Shown in pieces: positions 63,438-64,000 of a DNA stretch of 64,000 nt. A program made the translations under genes and the position numbers. Origin of the DNA: Blepharisma stoltei ATCC 30299 (lineage: Eukaryota > Protista > Ciliophora); assembly GCA_965603825.1 (NCBI GenBank), contig CBFDEM010000048.1, positions 62,001 through 126,000 on the forward strand, written 5' to 3'. The notes under the pieces were generated by a model that was given only the letters and a program-made list of their open reading frames with translations, did no database searches and had not been told where the DNA came from. Position 1 is the stretch's first letter; every line of letters starts with the position of its first letter.

Positions 63438-63530
63438 TATTTATATGACTCCATGTAGATTTATATGAGGAATAAAAAGCTGAGATAAAGAAAATTTGCT
63501 CGATTATTTGATGGAAAATGAAATTTTAAT

Positions 63531-64000
63531 ATGTTAGGACCTCCATTATGAAAACAAGAACAAGTGAAAGCGTTAAAAGAAAAACTCGCTAACGAAGTAC
63601 GAAACCATAAGCGTGAGCTTAAAAGAATCAAAGAAATCCGTGCTTTAGAGTCAACAAAACGCCGAGAAAGCTTAGAAAGATTATCAGAACTAGAAAGCTC
63701 TTTTGCAGAAATGAAGTCAAAAAGAGACTCCTCATTTTCCTCTACATCTCAAGCTCCAGCTGAGCAAATTCCTTCATTTAGATCTAAAACTACCTCTCCA
63801 TCTCCTATTTATAAAAAGCCTATTGATGACTACTCAATATCTACTCCATATACAGAGCTATCCAAGTCAAACTCCCCATATAAAATCCACCTAGAGCGCG
63901 TCATGCATTTACAAAATCAAGCCAAAAAAATCCTTCTCAAAGAGCGTGACCCTTCTTCAGTTTTGACCAAAATCCATGAAGAGCCAGAACTTAATGCAAA
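63531..64000 (+). CDS. Hypothetical protein, 3'-truncated by the window edge
   Basis: MLGPPL-W(TGA)-KQEQVKALKEKLANEVRNHKRELKRIKE...; the frame is open to the window end. Confidence 0.65.

Overview
AT-rich, gene-dense eukaryotic DNA, most likely the macronuclear genome of a heterotrich ciliate such as Blepharisma (inference). TGA is read as Trp, every complete gene ends in TAA or TAG, and the genes carry 15-16 nt GT...AG introns. The supplied standard-code ORF track therefore fragments most genes. Re-read with UGA=Trp, the window holds about 33 protein genes. These include ABCG, VPS2, five PH-like+CAMK-type kinases, a cyclin Y-like protein, a secreted collagen-like protein, importin alpha, a COPI-associated protein, an NT-C2 protein, a PAS/TmcB-like membrane protein, GST, APC6/CDC16, a giant TM/coiled-coil/EF-hand protein, PRMT1, a Cys->Ser calpain, BUD13, RPL41, patatin, a PH+permuted-papain enzyme, VAC14 and mL54. 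There are also four pseudogenes (VPS2 fragment, kinase, AsnRS, GST) and a ~3.4-3.6 kb tandem duplication. The best candidate for an undescribed system is an array of six co-oriented microprotein genes at 46.4-56.4 kb. They share an MGxC(C/Y) dual-acylation N-terminus and a K-x3-AP-x-L-x4-N-[PS]-L-[YF]-x-[KR]-R core, and two of them are absent from the ORF track. All calls come from manual translation and motif recognition; no database searches were run.
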